64,000 nucleotides of DNA from Thermomicrobiales bacterium (GTDB taxonomy: Bacteria > Chloroflexota > Chloroflexia > Thermomicrobiales > UBA6265), in NCBI GenBank assembly GCA_023957115.1, contig JAMLHN010000001.1, positions 92,708 to 156,707 on the forward strand, given 5' to 3'. Numbering within the stretch: the stretch's first letter is position 1; every line of letters begins with the position of its first letter. Positions 17,269 to 27,229 of this stretch are shown piece after piece. The notes beneath the pieces were generated by a model. The model saw only the letters and a list, made by a program, of their open reading frames with translations. It did no database searches and was not told where the DNA came from. A program made the position numbers and the translations under genes.

Positions 17269-20190
17269 ATGCCCGGATTATCAGACAGCCAGCGCCGCAT
17301 CGTTCACTACGAGCGACTCGATCGGCATATGCTGGTCATCGCCCCACCCGGCAGCGGAAAGACCCACACCATTGCGCAGCGTATCGAATGGCTGATTCGG
17401 ACGAAGCACGCCGAACCGGAAGAAATCCTCGCGCTGACCTATACGAACAAAGCCGGCCGGGAACTGAACGCACGTATTTCTGACAACGCCAGCCCGCATG
17501 TGCGTGCGTCCACGCTGCATAGCTGGGCGTACGATTTCCTGCGTAAACACGGACCGGAGATTGGCGTTTCCGAGCATTTCCAGATCTGCGACGATTTTCG
17601 CCGCGCGGATCTCCTGCTGGCGGCGGGGGTCAAGGCGGGCGTGCACGGTGACCGGCCGGATTGGGTGCGCCGCGCTGGATATTGGATCAGTCACCGCAAA
17701 TGTAATCCCGGTTCGGCGGGGCAGAAACCGCCGTTCGACCAGACGGTGATGGAAGCTATCGAGGCCTCGTACCTGCAACAGATGCGAGATCTCGACCTGC
17801 TGGATTTCGACGATCTGATCGTGAAATCCGCCGAGCTCGTCTGGGAAAGCGAAGGCGTGCGCGAGCCGCTGCACGACCAGCTCCGCTTCGTCTTTGTCGA
17901 TGAGTACCACGACCTCTCGTTCGAGCAATATCGCCTGCTGAGCGCACTGGCGCCGGGAAACAGACCGGGCCGGCAGGTTCTGGCAGTGGCCGATCCGAAT
18001 CAGGCGATCTTCGGATTTCGCGGCGCTGACGCCGGAGCGATGTTGCAGCGGTTTCGATCGGACTACGCGCCGGTGTCGTTCGAGCTCACGGAGAATTTCC
18101 GGTCTGGCGCGCGCTTGGTGCAGTCCTCGAACCAGCTGATCCGGTCCGGAGACGGATCGGTCGACAGCCGTCCGGTCAATGACGGGATGAACCCACCCTG
18201 GGTCAAGCATCTTGTCTCGGATGTCGACGAGGCAAACTGGATTCTCGAAGCGATCCAGACCGGCAAACGCAAGGGGAAGGCGTACGGCGACTTCGCTATC
18301 GTCTATCGCACGCATAACCGTGCGAATGTGATGGAGGATGTCCTACTCGGGAACGACATTCCGGTCACGCGTGTCCAGCAGAATCGCTTCTATGACGACC
18401 GTCTGGTGGTCGAGGGATTTCGCTATCTGCAGCTGATCGCCGCGCTCGACGACCGCACCTTCGAACCGGCGGTCAACTGGCCACGGGTGCTGGTGGACGA
18501 GCTCACCATGATGCAGCTCCGGACGGCTGCCCGGGGAAACGATCTGCGCTTGACCGAGCTGGCTACCCGCCCCGATCTTCTCCGGTCGACCGTGACGCCG
18601 TTGGGCGCTCTGGGGATCGAGCGTTTTCTGAAGGCGCTTACGGTCGAGGTCGGCAGTGTCGACGATGCCCGGTCCGGGGTCGAACGGGTATTGCCCCTGG
18701 TGCGGCGGCGGCGCGATCCGATTCCCGCGGTGGAGCGGGGCAACCTCCTGGCGACGTTGCACGAGCTTTCGAAAGCGGTCGATTCGGTGGCTGAGACGAT
18801 CCATGAGGTTGTCCAGGAGGGGATTCCAATCCGCCTGGTCTTCGACGAGGACAATCCCGACCACCTGCTGGCCGGATCGATTGTCAAACGGACCATCGAG
18901 GACGGATTCGGCATCGTCGTCTCTCCGGCGGAGCTCGGCGGGCCGGTCTTCACCTTTTCGCTGTTCGATCTCGAAGCGCATGCCAGGTCGTTTCCCTGCA
19001 CGGCGCTCGTCTACCGTCTGTGCCAACGGTTGGATGAGCTCTTCGATCGCTCGCGGCGGCAGCGGTTCGTCGTCTTCGATCTGGAGTCGACCAGCGCACA
19101 TGTCGGTTCGGCCGAGCTGTTGCAGATCGGCGCGGTAGTCGTCGATGACGGCCGGATCACGGACGAGCGCTTTTCGATGCTGGTGCGGCCCTCTGGCGCC
19201 GGTGCGATCACCCAGCAGGTGACCAATATCACCGGGTTGCGCTGGCGCGACGTCGCCGATGCGCGGGGGCCGGGGGAGGCAGTCGCGGCATTCCTGGAGT
19301 TCGTGGGCGAGACGCCCCTGGTCGGGCACAACATCGACGGGTTCGATCTTCCCTTGCTGCGGCGTCTGTGTACCGAGCACGGGTTGCTGGCGCCTCCTCG
19401 CTATTCGATCGACACGATGAAAATCTGGAAACGGCTGCATCCGGACGAGCGCTGGAGTCTCGATGCGGCATTGACCAAAGAAGAAGCCGCGGCGCGCAAG
19501 GAGCATCGTGCCGATCTGGACGCCCTGCTGACCGCGCGGGTCTTCGTGCGCTTGATGAAAGAGATTGCCCAGGAGCGCCGGTCGACCCTGCTCAGTGAAG
19601 AGCTCCCCTTGGTCGCCGCGTCGGTCGCCTTGTCAGGGCGTAACGACTTCGACAGTCAGTTGCTGAGCGTGGTCGGACGGCGGGCGTATGCGTTGGGGCA
19701 GGGAATCGATCCGTCGTCGGCTGCCGACGTGCTGGCGCTTCCTGGACGGCTCGGGAATGCGACGCGGGCGTTGGATGCAATCGACGTTTTCCAGGAAGCG
19801 TCCGATGCGAACTGGGAGCGGATCGAACGGCAATGGCTCGAATCGGTCGATGTCTACGAGCGGACCCATAGCGATCGTTCGCTGCAGGGATTCGTACGAT
19901 GGTTCGAGCTGGCGGTTGCGACCGATGTCGAACATGCCGATGAGGACCGAGTGGCGATGATGTCGATTCATGCCGCCAAGGGCCGCGAGTGGTCGGTCGT
20001 GATCATGCTCGGCTCCGAAGACGACCAATACGTCTTCCCCTACGAGCCCGATGTCGACGAAGGACGGAGGCATTTCTACGTTGGCATGACGCGGGCCCGG
20101 GATTTGCTGATCGTGACGCACGCACGTCAGGTCAACGGCGAGCAGCGGAGACCGAGCCGGTTCCTGGCGGATCTGGGATTACCCGATTGA
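17269..20190 (+). CDS. UvrD/PcrA-like SF1 DNA helicase with an internal DnaQ-like DEDDh 3'-5' exonuclease domain
   Basis: Start ATG at 17269; the upstream 284 codons of the 1257-aa ORF are antisense to the IMPase gene. Helicase motifs: I APPGSGKTH, II VFVDEYHD, III ADPNQAIFGFRGA, IV ENFRSG, V SIHAAKGREW, VI YVGMTRARD. Between IV and V (about nt 19066-19560) lie Exo I FVVFDLEST, Exo II LVGHNIDGFDLPLL and Exo III HRADLDALLTARVF. Confidence 0.85.
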   Translation: MPGLSDSQRRIVHYERLDRHMLVIAPPGSGKTHTIAQRIEWLIRTKHAEPEEILALTYTNKAGRELNARISDNASPHVRASTLHSWAYDFLRKHGPEIGVSEHFQICDDFRRADLLLAAGVKAGVHGDRPDWVRRAGYWISHRKCNPGSAGQKPPFDQTVMEAIEASYLQQMRDLDLLDFDDLIVKSAELVWESEGVREPLHDQLRFVFVDEYHDLSFEQYRLLSALAPGNRPGRQVLAVADPNQAIFGFRGADAGAMLQRFRSDYAPVSFELTENFRSGARLVQSSNQLIRSGDGSVDSRPVNDGMNPPWVKHLVSDVDEANWILEAIQTGKRKGKAYGDFAIVYRTHNRANVMEDVLLGNDIPVTRVQQNRFYDDRLVVEGFRYLQLIAALDDRTFEPAVNWPRVLVDELTMMQLRTAARGNDLRLTELATRPDLLRSTVTPLGALGIERFLKALTVEVGSVDDARSGVERVLPLVRRRRDPIPAVERGNLLATLHELSKAVDSVAETIHEVVQEGIPIRLVFDEDNPDHLLAGSIVKRTIEDGFGIVVSPAELGGPVFTFSLFDLEAHARSFPCTALVYRLCQRLDELFDRSRRQRFVVFDLESTSAHVGSAELLQIGAVVVDDGRITDERFSMLVRPSGAGAITQQVTNITGLRWRDVADARGPGEAVAAFLEFVGETPLVGHNIDGFDLPLLRRLCTEHGLLAPPRYSIDTMKIWKRLHPDERWSLDAALTKEEAAARKEHRADLDALLTARVFVRLMKEIAQERRSTLLSEELPLVAASVALSGRNDFDSQLLSVVGRRAYALGQGIDPSSAADVLALPGRLGNATRALDAIDVFQEASDANWERIERQWLESVDVYERTHSDRSLQGFVRWFELAVATDVEHADEDRVAMMSIHAAKGREWSVVIMLGSEDDQYVFPYEPDVDEGRRHFYVGMTRARDLLIVTHARQVNGEQRRPSRFLADLGLPD

Positions 20191-20329
20191 GTCCGGGTTC
20201 CCGGCGCGAAAAACCCGCTTCGTGTAGCCGCCGGCATAGGGTGGATGGGCCGGAGGTTACAAAAGGTGCGTTGCACGTTCCAACGCGGCGTCGTACGGAA
20301 CGTGGTTGAGTTCGCGCATTCAGCATCGG

Positions 20330-21322
20330 TTATCCCCGGCCGCCGGACTCTGCCCGCAGCCGCGGCGCGACCTCCCGGCCAAGGAGCTCGATGCTTTCGG
20401 TATCGCTGGCATCCTGCGTTTGCATGACGAAATACTGCACGCCGGCGTCGATCAGCTCGGCGCAGTAGGAAACGATCTGATCGGGAGTTCCAAAGATACG
20501 CGTGTACTCCTGCTCCCTGGTCAAGCCGTTCGGGAAGTACTTCTCCTTCTTCGCTTGCACGTCGCGCTCGTTTTCAGCAATGAAGAACCAACCCGTGAAG
20601 TGGGTGCGCAGAATCTCTTCGTATGGACGGCCGATCTCGTCACAGTGCTGTCGCAGGACGGCATAGCTTTGGGCGACCGAGTCGAGACCTTTGACCGAAC
20701 CGGTATTCGAGCTCGCTCCGAAGTTGCAGGCATCCGCGTACCGGGCGACTTGTCGCAGGGTCACCTGTTTGCCTCCCCCGGCAATCACGAGCGGGGGCCG
20801 GGGTTGCTGTACCGGCCGTGGGGAGATATGCGCTTCACTGGTCGAGAAGGTCTCACCCGTGAAGCTGAACGGTTCGTCGCCGTAGACGCCGTTCACGATC
20901 TGGACATACTCGGCGAGCGCCGCTTGCCGTTCCGGCACCGGGGGAAGCGTCATACCAAGCCGGGCGAATTCCGGTTCGTTCCAACCGATACCGAGACCGA
21001 TCATCGCTCGGCCTCCGCTGAGCCGGTCGAGATCGGCAATCTGTCGTGCGAACATCACCGGGTGCCGGTGATAGATGCAGCAGACGATCGAGCCGAGCGT
21101 AATGCGCTGCGTCTCCCGCGCCAATGCGGCCAGATGGACAAAGACCTCCGGGGAAAAGCCCGGATGATCGGCGAAGAAAAAGCCGTCCAACCCGAGCTCC
21201 TCGCAGAGCAGACCGGCGCGCATGATCGTACCGGTCGGATCGGGATCGGCTGCCGTTGGGCCGCCTTGCACCGCAATGCCGATTCGAGCTTGGTATCGCT
21301 CGACCCAAGGATGCATCGTCAT
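20330..21322 (-). CDS. LLM-class (luciferase-like) flavin/F420-dependent oxidoreductase
   Basis: 330-aa intact ORF. Contains GLDGFFFADH, SGGRAMIGLGIGW and a C-terminal TIM-barrel pattern typical of LLM enzymes. Confidence 0.75.
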   Translation of the reverse strand: MTMHPWVERYQARIGIAVQGGPTAADPDPTGTIMRAGLLCEELGLDGFFFADHPGFSPEVFVHLAALARETQRITLGSIVCCIYHRHPVMFARQIADLDRLSGGRAMIGLGIGWNEPEFARLGMTLPPVPERQAALAEYVQIVNGVYGDEPFSFTGETFSTSEAHISPRPVQQPRPPLVIAGGGKQVTLRQVARYADACNFGASSNTGSVKGLDSVAQSYAVLRQHCDEIGRPYEEILRTHFTGWFFIAENERDVQAKKEKYFPNGLTREQEYTRIFGTPDQIVSYCAELIDAGVQYFVMQTQDASDTESIELLGREVAPRLRAESGGRG

Positions 21323-22113
21323 AAACCTTCTCCTTCGCGTTTGTCGGAGCGTATCTCGCGGACATAGTCACGAAATGCCTGCGGTCCCTGAAGATAGTGC
21401 GCCTTCAGGTGATTCTCGGAAACATCGGCGGCGAATGCGCGGTCTTTCCCGTCGCGGCCATAGGCGGCGATCCACCACAGTGTCTCAGCTTCGTGCGCCA
21501 CGATCTCTTCCTCGAGCACGACGCCGTTGGGCAGGATCGTGCAGGCATTGACGTAATAGCAGGCGGTGCCCTCGACTGCCCGTTGGATATGCGTAGCCTC
21601 GTGGGCCAGGATGGCCGCGATGACATCGGGATAGAGCCAGTCGACATAGTAGTCGCCGATCACGATCTCGCTGTCGGACCATCCGGACTCCGGAGACCAG
21701 CGCGATGTGGCGTAGGCCGAGTTGAAATCGAGATCCTGGGTTCCGATACAGACCCCATTCTCGACCACGATATCGTAGAGCGCCGCGCCCTCGTCCGTGG
21801 CGCGCAAGAGCGCTACACCTTCAGCGAGCGCCTTCTGGGCCGAGGCGGTCACGCCATCGCAGAAGAGCACAGGAGCGTCCGGATAGGTCGGTATCAAGGC
21901 GGGTTTTTCGCCGATGGCCGCGACTCCCACACGCCAGGACGCCGAAACCCGGGTGGGCAGGTCGGGGGCGGCCTGGATGAACGGAGTCTGGCTGAACGAC
22001 CAGATCAGGAATCCCTGGGACGCCAGCAGGATCAACGTCAACGCGATGGCCCATCGCGAAATCCGCTTCCGATACGGGCGAGACTGCGAAAATTTGCTAG
22101 GCTGAGTAAGCAC
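21319..22113 (-). CDS. membrane-anchored hypothetical protein with HExxH motif (HEATH)
   Basis: 264-aa ORF with one N-terminal TM (WAIALTLILLASQGFLIW). Contains AILAHEATHIQRA and a second VAHEAE. A 4-nt ATGA overlap joins it to the downstream LLM gene. Confidence 0.5.
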   Translation of the reverse strand: MLTQPSKFSQSRPYRKRISRWAIALTLILLASQGFLIWSFSQTPFIQAAPDLPTRVSASWRVGVAAIGEKPALIPTYPDAPVLFCDGVTASAQKALAEGVALLRATDEGAALYDIVVENGVCIGTQDLDFNSAYATSRWSPESGWSDSEIVIGDYYVDWLYPDVIAAILAHEATHIQRAVEGTACYYVNACTILPNGVVLEEEIVAHEAETLWWIAAYGRDGKDRAFAADVSENHLKAHYLQGPQAFRDYVREIRSDKREGEGL

Positions 22114-22202
22114 GAACGGTGTTCCTAATCAGTGACGGTGTTCCGAATGGAAACGAGACCGGCAAACTGAACGTAACCGGAACGCCACGTGGCACAAAGT
22201 GC

Positions 22203-22217
22203 CGAGTGTGACACTCG
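22203..22217. promoter_or_regulatory. 15-nt palindrome CGAGTGT-G-ACACTCG upstream of the GntR gene (candidate operator)
   Basis: Checked by hand. It lies 33 nt upstream of the GTG start at 22250. A direct repeat ACGGTGTTCC(T/G)AAT also occurs at about 22120-22152. Confidence 0.3.
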
Positions 22218-22249
22218 AGCATCTTCGGTGCAGAGGATGACGAGTTTTC

Positions 22250-23065
22250 GTGGCATTGAGCAACGATTTCCATTCATTCGAATTGGGTCCCATCGATCCG
22301 GCCGATCCGACGCCGCTCTATCAGCAGCTACGTGATCGATTGCGCGGGAAACTCGTGGAAGGATGGCCGAAAGAACGGCCGATACCCTCCGAGCGGGTTC
22401 TCATGCAAATGACCGGACTCAGCCGGATGACCGTACGCCAGGCAATTGCCGAGCTGGTGCATGAGGGAATGCTACGCCGCGATCACGGACGGGGCACCTT
22501 TGTCGCAGACTCGCGCGTCATGCGGCTGCTGACCGGGCATTCGACGTTTCGAGACGCCGTTCAGAAGCTGGGAAGCACCCCGGTCACGCAGGTTATCCGC
22601 CGTGAACGGATCTTTGCCAATCCCGCGCAGGCCACCTTGCTCCAGATCGAACCCGGCGAGGCCGTGTTCAATATTGTGCGGCTTCGCAAGGTCGACGGCC
22701 AACCGGTCATCGTTGATTTCACAATCGTGCCCGAGCGGATCTGCCCCTGTCTTGGCAGCGCGGATCTCACCGGGTCCCTCTATGAATACCTGGCCGGCAC
22801 CTGCGGCGTTCCGCCCGACCATTCGACCGATACCATCGAAGCGGTGGCCGCTTCGGGTGAAGTGGGAGAGCTCCTGGAGGTCGAGGAAGGCGCGCCCGTG
22901 CTGCTGTTGCGCCGGCTGGCTCGATCCGTCCACGATGTGCCGATCGAGATTACCGAGGAATTCGTTCGCTCGGATCGATGTTTGTATCAGCTCGAGAATC
23001 CGTCCGGGACGGCCGGCATTGCGCTTGTCGGCATCCTGGATACCAACCTGGAGGACCGTTCATGA
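22250..23065 (+). CDS. GntR-family transcriptional regulator, HutC/UTRA subfamily
   Basis: wHTH segment LPSERVLMQMTGLSRMTVRQAIAELVHEGMLRRDHGRGTFV, followed by a UTRA-like C-terminal domain. Confidence 0.85.
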   Translation: MALSNDFHSFELGPIDPADPTPLYQQLRDRLRGKLVEGWPKERPIPSERVLMQMTGLSRMTVRQAIAELVHEGMLRRDHGRGTFVADSRVMRLLTGHSTFRDAVQKLGSTPVTQVIRRERIFANPAQATLLQIEPGEAVFNIVRLRKVDGQPVIVDFTIVPERICPCLGSADLTGSLYEYLAGTCGVPPDHSTDTIEAVAASGEVGELLEVEEGAPVLLLRRLARSVHDVPIEITEEFVRSDRCLYQLENPSGTAGIALVGILDTNLEDRS

Positions 23066-23826
23066 GTTCAGCCGCGTCTGTCGAGTGGCCCACTGGTACC
23101 GTCAATGGATATAGCTATCGCGATATTGCCAAGGCAATCGACCACTCGCTGCTGAAACCGGAGCTCACCGAGCAAGAAGTGGAGGCGGGGTTGCAATTGG
23201 CCGTGCTCTATGACGTGGCCTCGGTCTGCTGCCGGCCGTGCGATGTCCCCCTGGCGTCCCGGTTGCTGAGTGGCTCTGACGTTCGAGTTGGCAGCACGGT
23301 CGGTTTTCCTCATGGCGCCAATACGACAGAGACCAAGGTTGTCGAAGCGGTTCAGGCGATGGACAGCGGCGCGGCCGAGCTCGACATGGTGCTCAACATC
23401 GGCCAGCTGCGCTCCGGTAATATCGATTTCGTCCGCAGCGATATCGCCGCGGTGGTCGAGGCGGCGCGCGGCCGGGCCCTGGTCAAGGTCATCCTCGAAA
23501 ATGCCTATCTGACCGAAGACCAAACGGTCACTGCCTCGAAAACCGCTGCGGTTGCCGGTGGAAACTTCGTCAAGACCAGCACGGGATTTGCCCCAACAGG
23601 GGCGGTTGTTTCCGATCTGATCCTGATGCGTGCGTCGGTTCCTCCGGACGTTCGGCTCAAGGCGGCTGGCGGAATTCGCTCGCTGGATGCGATGCTGGAG
23701 GTACTCGATGTCGGGGTGACGCGAGTGGGGGCAACGGCGACCCAACAGATCCTTGACGAGTTCAAGGCCCGAGCTGCTGGTCTGCCGGCTCCTCCACCGC
23801 CGGTTGAAGCCTCCGACGACTATTGA
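23062..23826 (+). CDS. deoC: deoxyribose-phosphate aldolase
   Basis: The ATG at 23062 overlaps the GntR stop. Contains [33 protein letters not shown] (Schiff-base Lys) and LKAAGGIR. Confidence 0.85.
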   Translation: MSSAASVEWPTGTVNGYSYRDIAKAIDHSLLKPELTEQEVEAGLQLAVLYDVASVCCRPCDVPLASRLLSGSDVRVGSTVGFPHGANTTETKVVEAVQAMDSGAAELDMVLNIGQLRSGNIDFVRSDIAAVVEAARGRALVKVILENAYLTEDQTVTASKTAAVAGGNFVKTSTGFAPTGAVVSDLILMRASVPPDVRLKAAGGIRSLDAMLEVLDVGVTRVGATATQQILDEFKARAAGLPAPPPPVEASDDY

Positions 23827-23987
23827 GGCAGGGGCGAGCGGATGCCTTCGACGCGACGACGCGATCATGCGGAACTCGTCGAGCGATCTTCTCGCAACAG
23901 TGCGTTGTTCGGATTCGGATCGGTGGGACGTGCAGGCAACTCCGCTTGCAGCCGCGTTCGCCAGCCGATCGCCTGAGGGAGGAACCG

Positions 23988-25145
23988 ATGACCAGAATAC
24001 TCAAAGCCGCGGTGATCGGGACCGGATTCATTGGTCCGGTCCACGTCGAAGCGTTGCGTCGCATCGGCGTCGAGGTCGTCGGCATTCTCGGCTCCTCACC
24101 GGAAAACAGTGCGGCCCGCGCAGACGCGATGCGCCTGCCGCGCGCATTTGGCTCGCTCGACGAGCTGCTGGCCTATCCGGGGCTCGACGCGGTGCATATC
24201 ACCACCCCCAACTACCTTCACAAACCGATGGCGTTGCAAGCGATTGCGGCGGGCAAGCATGTCATCTGCGAAAAACCGCTGGCCATGGACGCGGTCGAGG
24301 GACAGGAGCTGCTCGATGCGGCGACCGCGGCGGGAATCGTCCACGCGGTGAACTTCAACCTGCGATTCTATGCCCAGTGTCATCAGGCGAAGGCGTTGGT
24401 GCAAAGTGGCGAGCTTGGCCGGGTGCTGCTCATGCATGGGCGATACCTGCAGGATTGGTTGCTCAACGAAACCGATTGGAACTGGCGGCTCGAACCGGGA
24501 CTTGGCGGGGAGATGCGGGTGGTGGCCGACATTGGCTCCCACTGGCTCGACCTGATGACGTTCATTGGGGGCAAGCGGCTCACGGAGGTCTGCGCCGATT
24601 TCGCCACGCTCATGGAAACCCGCAAGAAGCCGACCAAACCGGTCGAGACCTTCGCCGGGAAAACGCTCGATCCGAGCGACTATGACGAGATTGCCATTAC
24701 GACCGAAGACTACGCGTCCATCCTGTTGCGCTACGAGGATGGCGTCCACGGTGTCTGCACGGTGTCGCAGATGAGTGCCGGCCGAAAGAACCATCTCGCC
24801 TTCGAGGTCGATTGCTCCAACGCGTCGGTGGCGTTCAACTCGGAGAATCCGGAAGAGCTCTGGATCGGCCGTCGCGACCGGGCGAGCGAGACCCTGTTGC
24901 GCGACCCAGCATTGCTGGCGCCGGCGGCGCGCACGACCACCGACTATCCGGGCGGTCACGCCGAGGGGTTCCCCGATACCTTCAAACAGCTGTACAAGAA
25001 GGTCTACGCCGCCATCGAAGCGGGCGGGCCGCCCGCGCAGCCGGACTATCCGACCTTCGCCGATGGCGTCTATTCGTTGCAGGTGGGCGAGGCGTTGCTG
25101 CAGAGCGCGCGCGAGAACCGGTGGGTGCCGATCCCGCCGGTTTGA
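23988..25145 (+). CDS. Gfo/Idh/MocA family oxidoreductase
   Basis: Start [19 protein letters not shown], with [11 protein letters not shown]. Intact. Confidence 0.85.
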   Translation: MTRILKAAVIGTGFIGPVHVEALRRIGVEVVGILGSSPENSAARADAMRLPRAFGSLDELLAYPGLDAVHITTPNYLHKPMALQAIAAGKHVICEKPLAMDAVEGQELLDAATAAGIVHAVNFNLRFYAQCHQAKALVQSGELGRVLLMHGRYLQDWLLNETDWNWRLEPGLGGEMRVVADIGSHWLDLMTFIGGKRLTEVCADFATLMETRKKPTKPVETFAGKTLDPSDYDEIAITTEDYASILLRYEDGVHGVCTVSQMSAGRKNHLAFEVDCSNASVAFNSENPEELWIGRRDRASETLLRDPALLAPAARTTTDYPGGHAEGFPDTFKQLYKKVYAAIEAGGPPAQPDYPTFADGVYSLQVGEALLQSARENRWVPIPPV

Positions 25146-25222
25146 CCGAGGGATCCGGAATCCGATCAGCTTCTTCCCGGGGCTCCGGACTCCGGCCCCG
25201 GACCGAACGGAGGTTTGACACG

Positions 25223-26129
25223 ATGAAACTTGGGCTGTTGACCGCGGCGCTGCCGAAGACTCCGCTCACCGAGCTGGCCCCTTGGGCCGCGGAAAGCGGG
25301 TTCGACATGCTGGAGATCGCCTGCTGGCCGTTGAGCAAGAGCGACCGGCGTTATGGTGGCGTCACCCATATCGATGTCGATACGCTCGACAAAGCGGGCG
25401 CCAAAGAGATCGTTGCGCTGATGACAGACAACGGGCTCGAGATCTCCGCGCTGGCGTACTATCCGAACATCCTCGGCGTGCAGGGAAACGAACGCGAGGC
25501 GCAGATCGCGCATCTCAAGAAGGTGATCGATGCTGCCGTTCTGTTGGAGGTGCCGATCGTCGGAACCTTCATCGGCGCGGATATGACGACGTATGCAGAT
25601 GAGAATTTGGAGGAATACGCTCGAGTCTGGCCCGCGATCGTCAAGTACGCCGCCGAGCGGGAGATCAAGATCGCCATCGAGAATTGCCCAATGCTGTGGG
25701 ACGATACGTGGCCGGGCGGCCAGAATCTCGCCTATTCCCCGTCGATCTGGACCAGGATGTTCGAGATCATTCCGGACGACAACTTTGGGCTGAACTACGA
25801 TCCATCACATCTGATCTGGCAGTTCATCGACGAGATCCGCCCGATTACCGATTTCAGGACCGGATCTTCCATGTCCATGCAAAGGACATGCGGATCGACC
25901 GGGAAATGCTCTATCGGGACGGGATTCTGGCGCCTGGATTCCGCTGGGCGATTCCACGATTGCCCGGATTGGGCGAGGTTCGCTGGCCCGAGTTCATGGC
26001 GGCGCTCTATGCGGTCGGCTACGACTACGTGATCTCGATCAGACATGGGGATCGCACGTTCGAAGGCGCAGTGATCTCGTCAAGCGTGGGTTCTATCTGA
26101 CCCGTGACGTGCTCAGTCCATATCCGTAG
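25223..26129 (+). pseudogene. sugar phosphate isomerase/epimerase (xylose-isomerase-like TIM barrel); two frame breaks
   Basis: MKLGLLTAALP..IAIENCP..GLNYDPSHLIWQ, then a break at TTT 25852-25854 (expected ..ITDFQDRIFHVHAKD). A second break lies near 26065, before DLVKRGFYLTRDVLSPYP*. Confidence 0.8.
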
Positions 26130-26146
26130 CCCAGGAAGGGAAGCGG

Positions 26147-27229
26147 GTGGATCGGGTCAAGGTCGGTATCGTCGGTTCGCGGTTCATTGCCGATATTCAT
26201 GCGGAATCGTTTGCGCGCGTGCCGAATTGCGACGTTGTCGCGGCAGCCTCTCCGAACCTGCACCACGTGGTCGATTTCGCGAAGCGGCACGATATTCCCG
26301 CGCGCTGACGAACTTCCGCGAGAGCTCTGAAGAAAATCGACGAGATCAGTGATGCTCATCTCGATTGCATTGCCGAACTGATCTGCATGCCGAGGTGGCG
26401 ATTGCCGCGGCCGAAGCTGGTAAGCATGGCAGAAACCGCTCGCCACCACGCTCGAGGACGCCGACGCTATGATCGCCGCGTGCGCGGAGGCGGGCGTGCA
26501 GCTCATGTATGCTGAACTCTGCTTCGCGCCGAAAATACGTGCGGGCCAAAGAGCTTGTGAACAGCGGTGCGCTGGCGAGATCTTTCTGGTCAAGCAAAGC
26601 GAGGAGCATTCCCGGACCGCGCAGCCCTGGTTCTGGGATGTCAGCCGCTCCGGTGGCGGCGTGCTGATGGATATGGGGTGCCACGGCATCGCGTTCGCCC
26701 CGCTGGATGCTGAACGATGCGGCTATCACGCATGTGACCATAGCCTCGGCACCTTCGTCCATGGCGACAAGACGCAGGGCGAGGATCATGCAGTCACCGT
26801 GCTCAACTTCGACGGCGGCCAAATGGCCGTGATCCCGAGAACTCATGGGCCAAGGGAGGCGGCATGGACGATCGTGCAGATCCCATGGCGCGAGAGGACA
26901 CACCCGTGCGGATCTCATTCGCAGGAACTCGCTGGTGACCTACTCCGATGTCGGATACGGCTACGCCGTCGAAAAGTCCGGCGGAACGACTGGCTGGACC
27001 TACGGTCTACGAAATCTGGAACTACGGCTTCCGCGGAGTACAGTATTTCATCGATGCGTGCAGAAGGACAGGCCGAGTTTTATCGCCGGCATAGATGTCG
27101 GATCGCGCTCGAAGCAATCTACGCGGCCTATCGTTCCGCGGGGATTGGCGCGACTGTACGATTGCCCTTCAAGATTCCCAAGAATGCAGCAAGCCCATCG
27201 ATCTGTGGATCGGAACGAGCGCGACCTGA
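26147..27229 (+). pseudogene. Gfo/Idh/MocA family oxidoreductase, many frame breaks
   Basis: GTG start, VDRVKVGIVGSRFIADIHAESF. Other segments are ISIALPN / DLHAEVAIAAAEAGKH / PLATTLEDADAMIAACAEAGVQLMYAELCFAPK / GEIFLVKQSEEHS..GGGVLMDMGCHGIAFA / GEDHAVTVLNFDGGQMAV / YGYAVEKSGGTTGWTY / IALEAIYAAYRSAGIGATVRLPF, spread over three frames. Confidence 0.8.

Noticed and set aside
24812-25222. N-terminal extension of the sugar-phosphate isomerase ORF (406-aa ORF from 24812)
   Set aside because: It overlaps the 3' end of the Gfo/Idh/MocA gene out of frame. The ATG at 25223, preceded by ggagg, starts the TIM-barrel homology.
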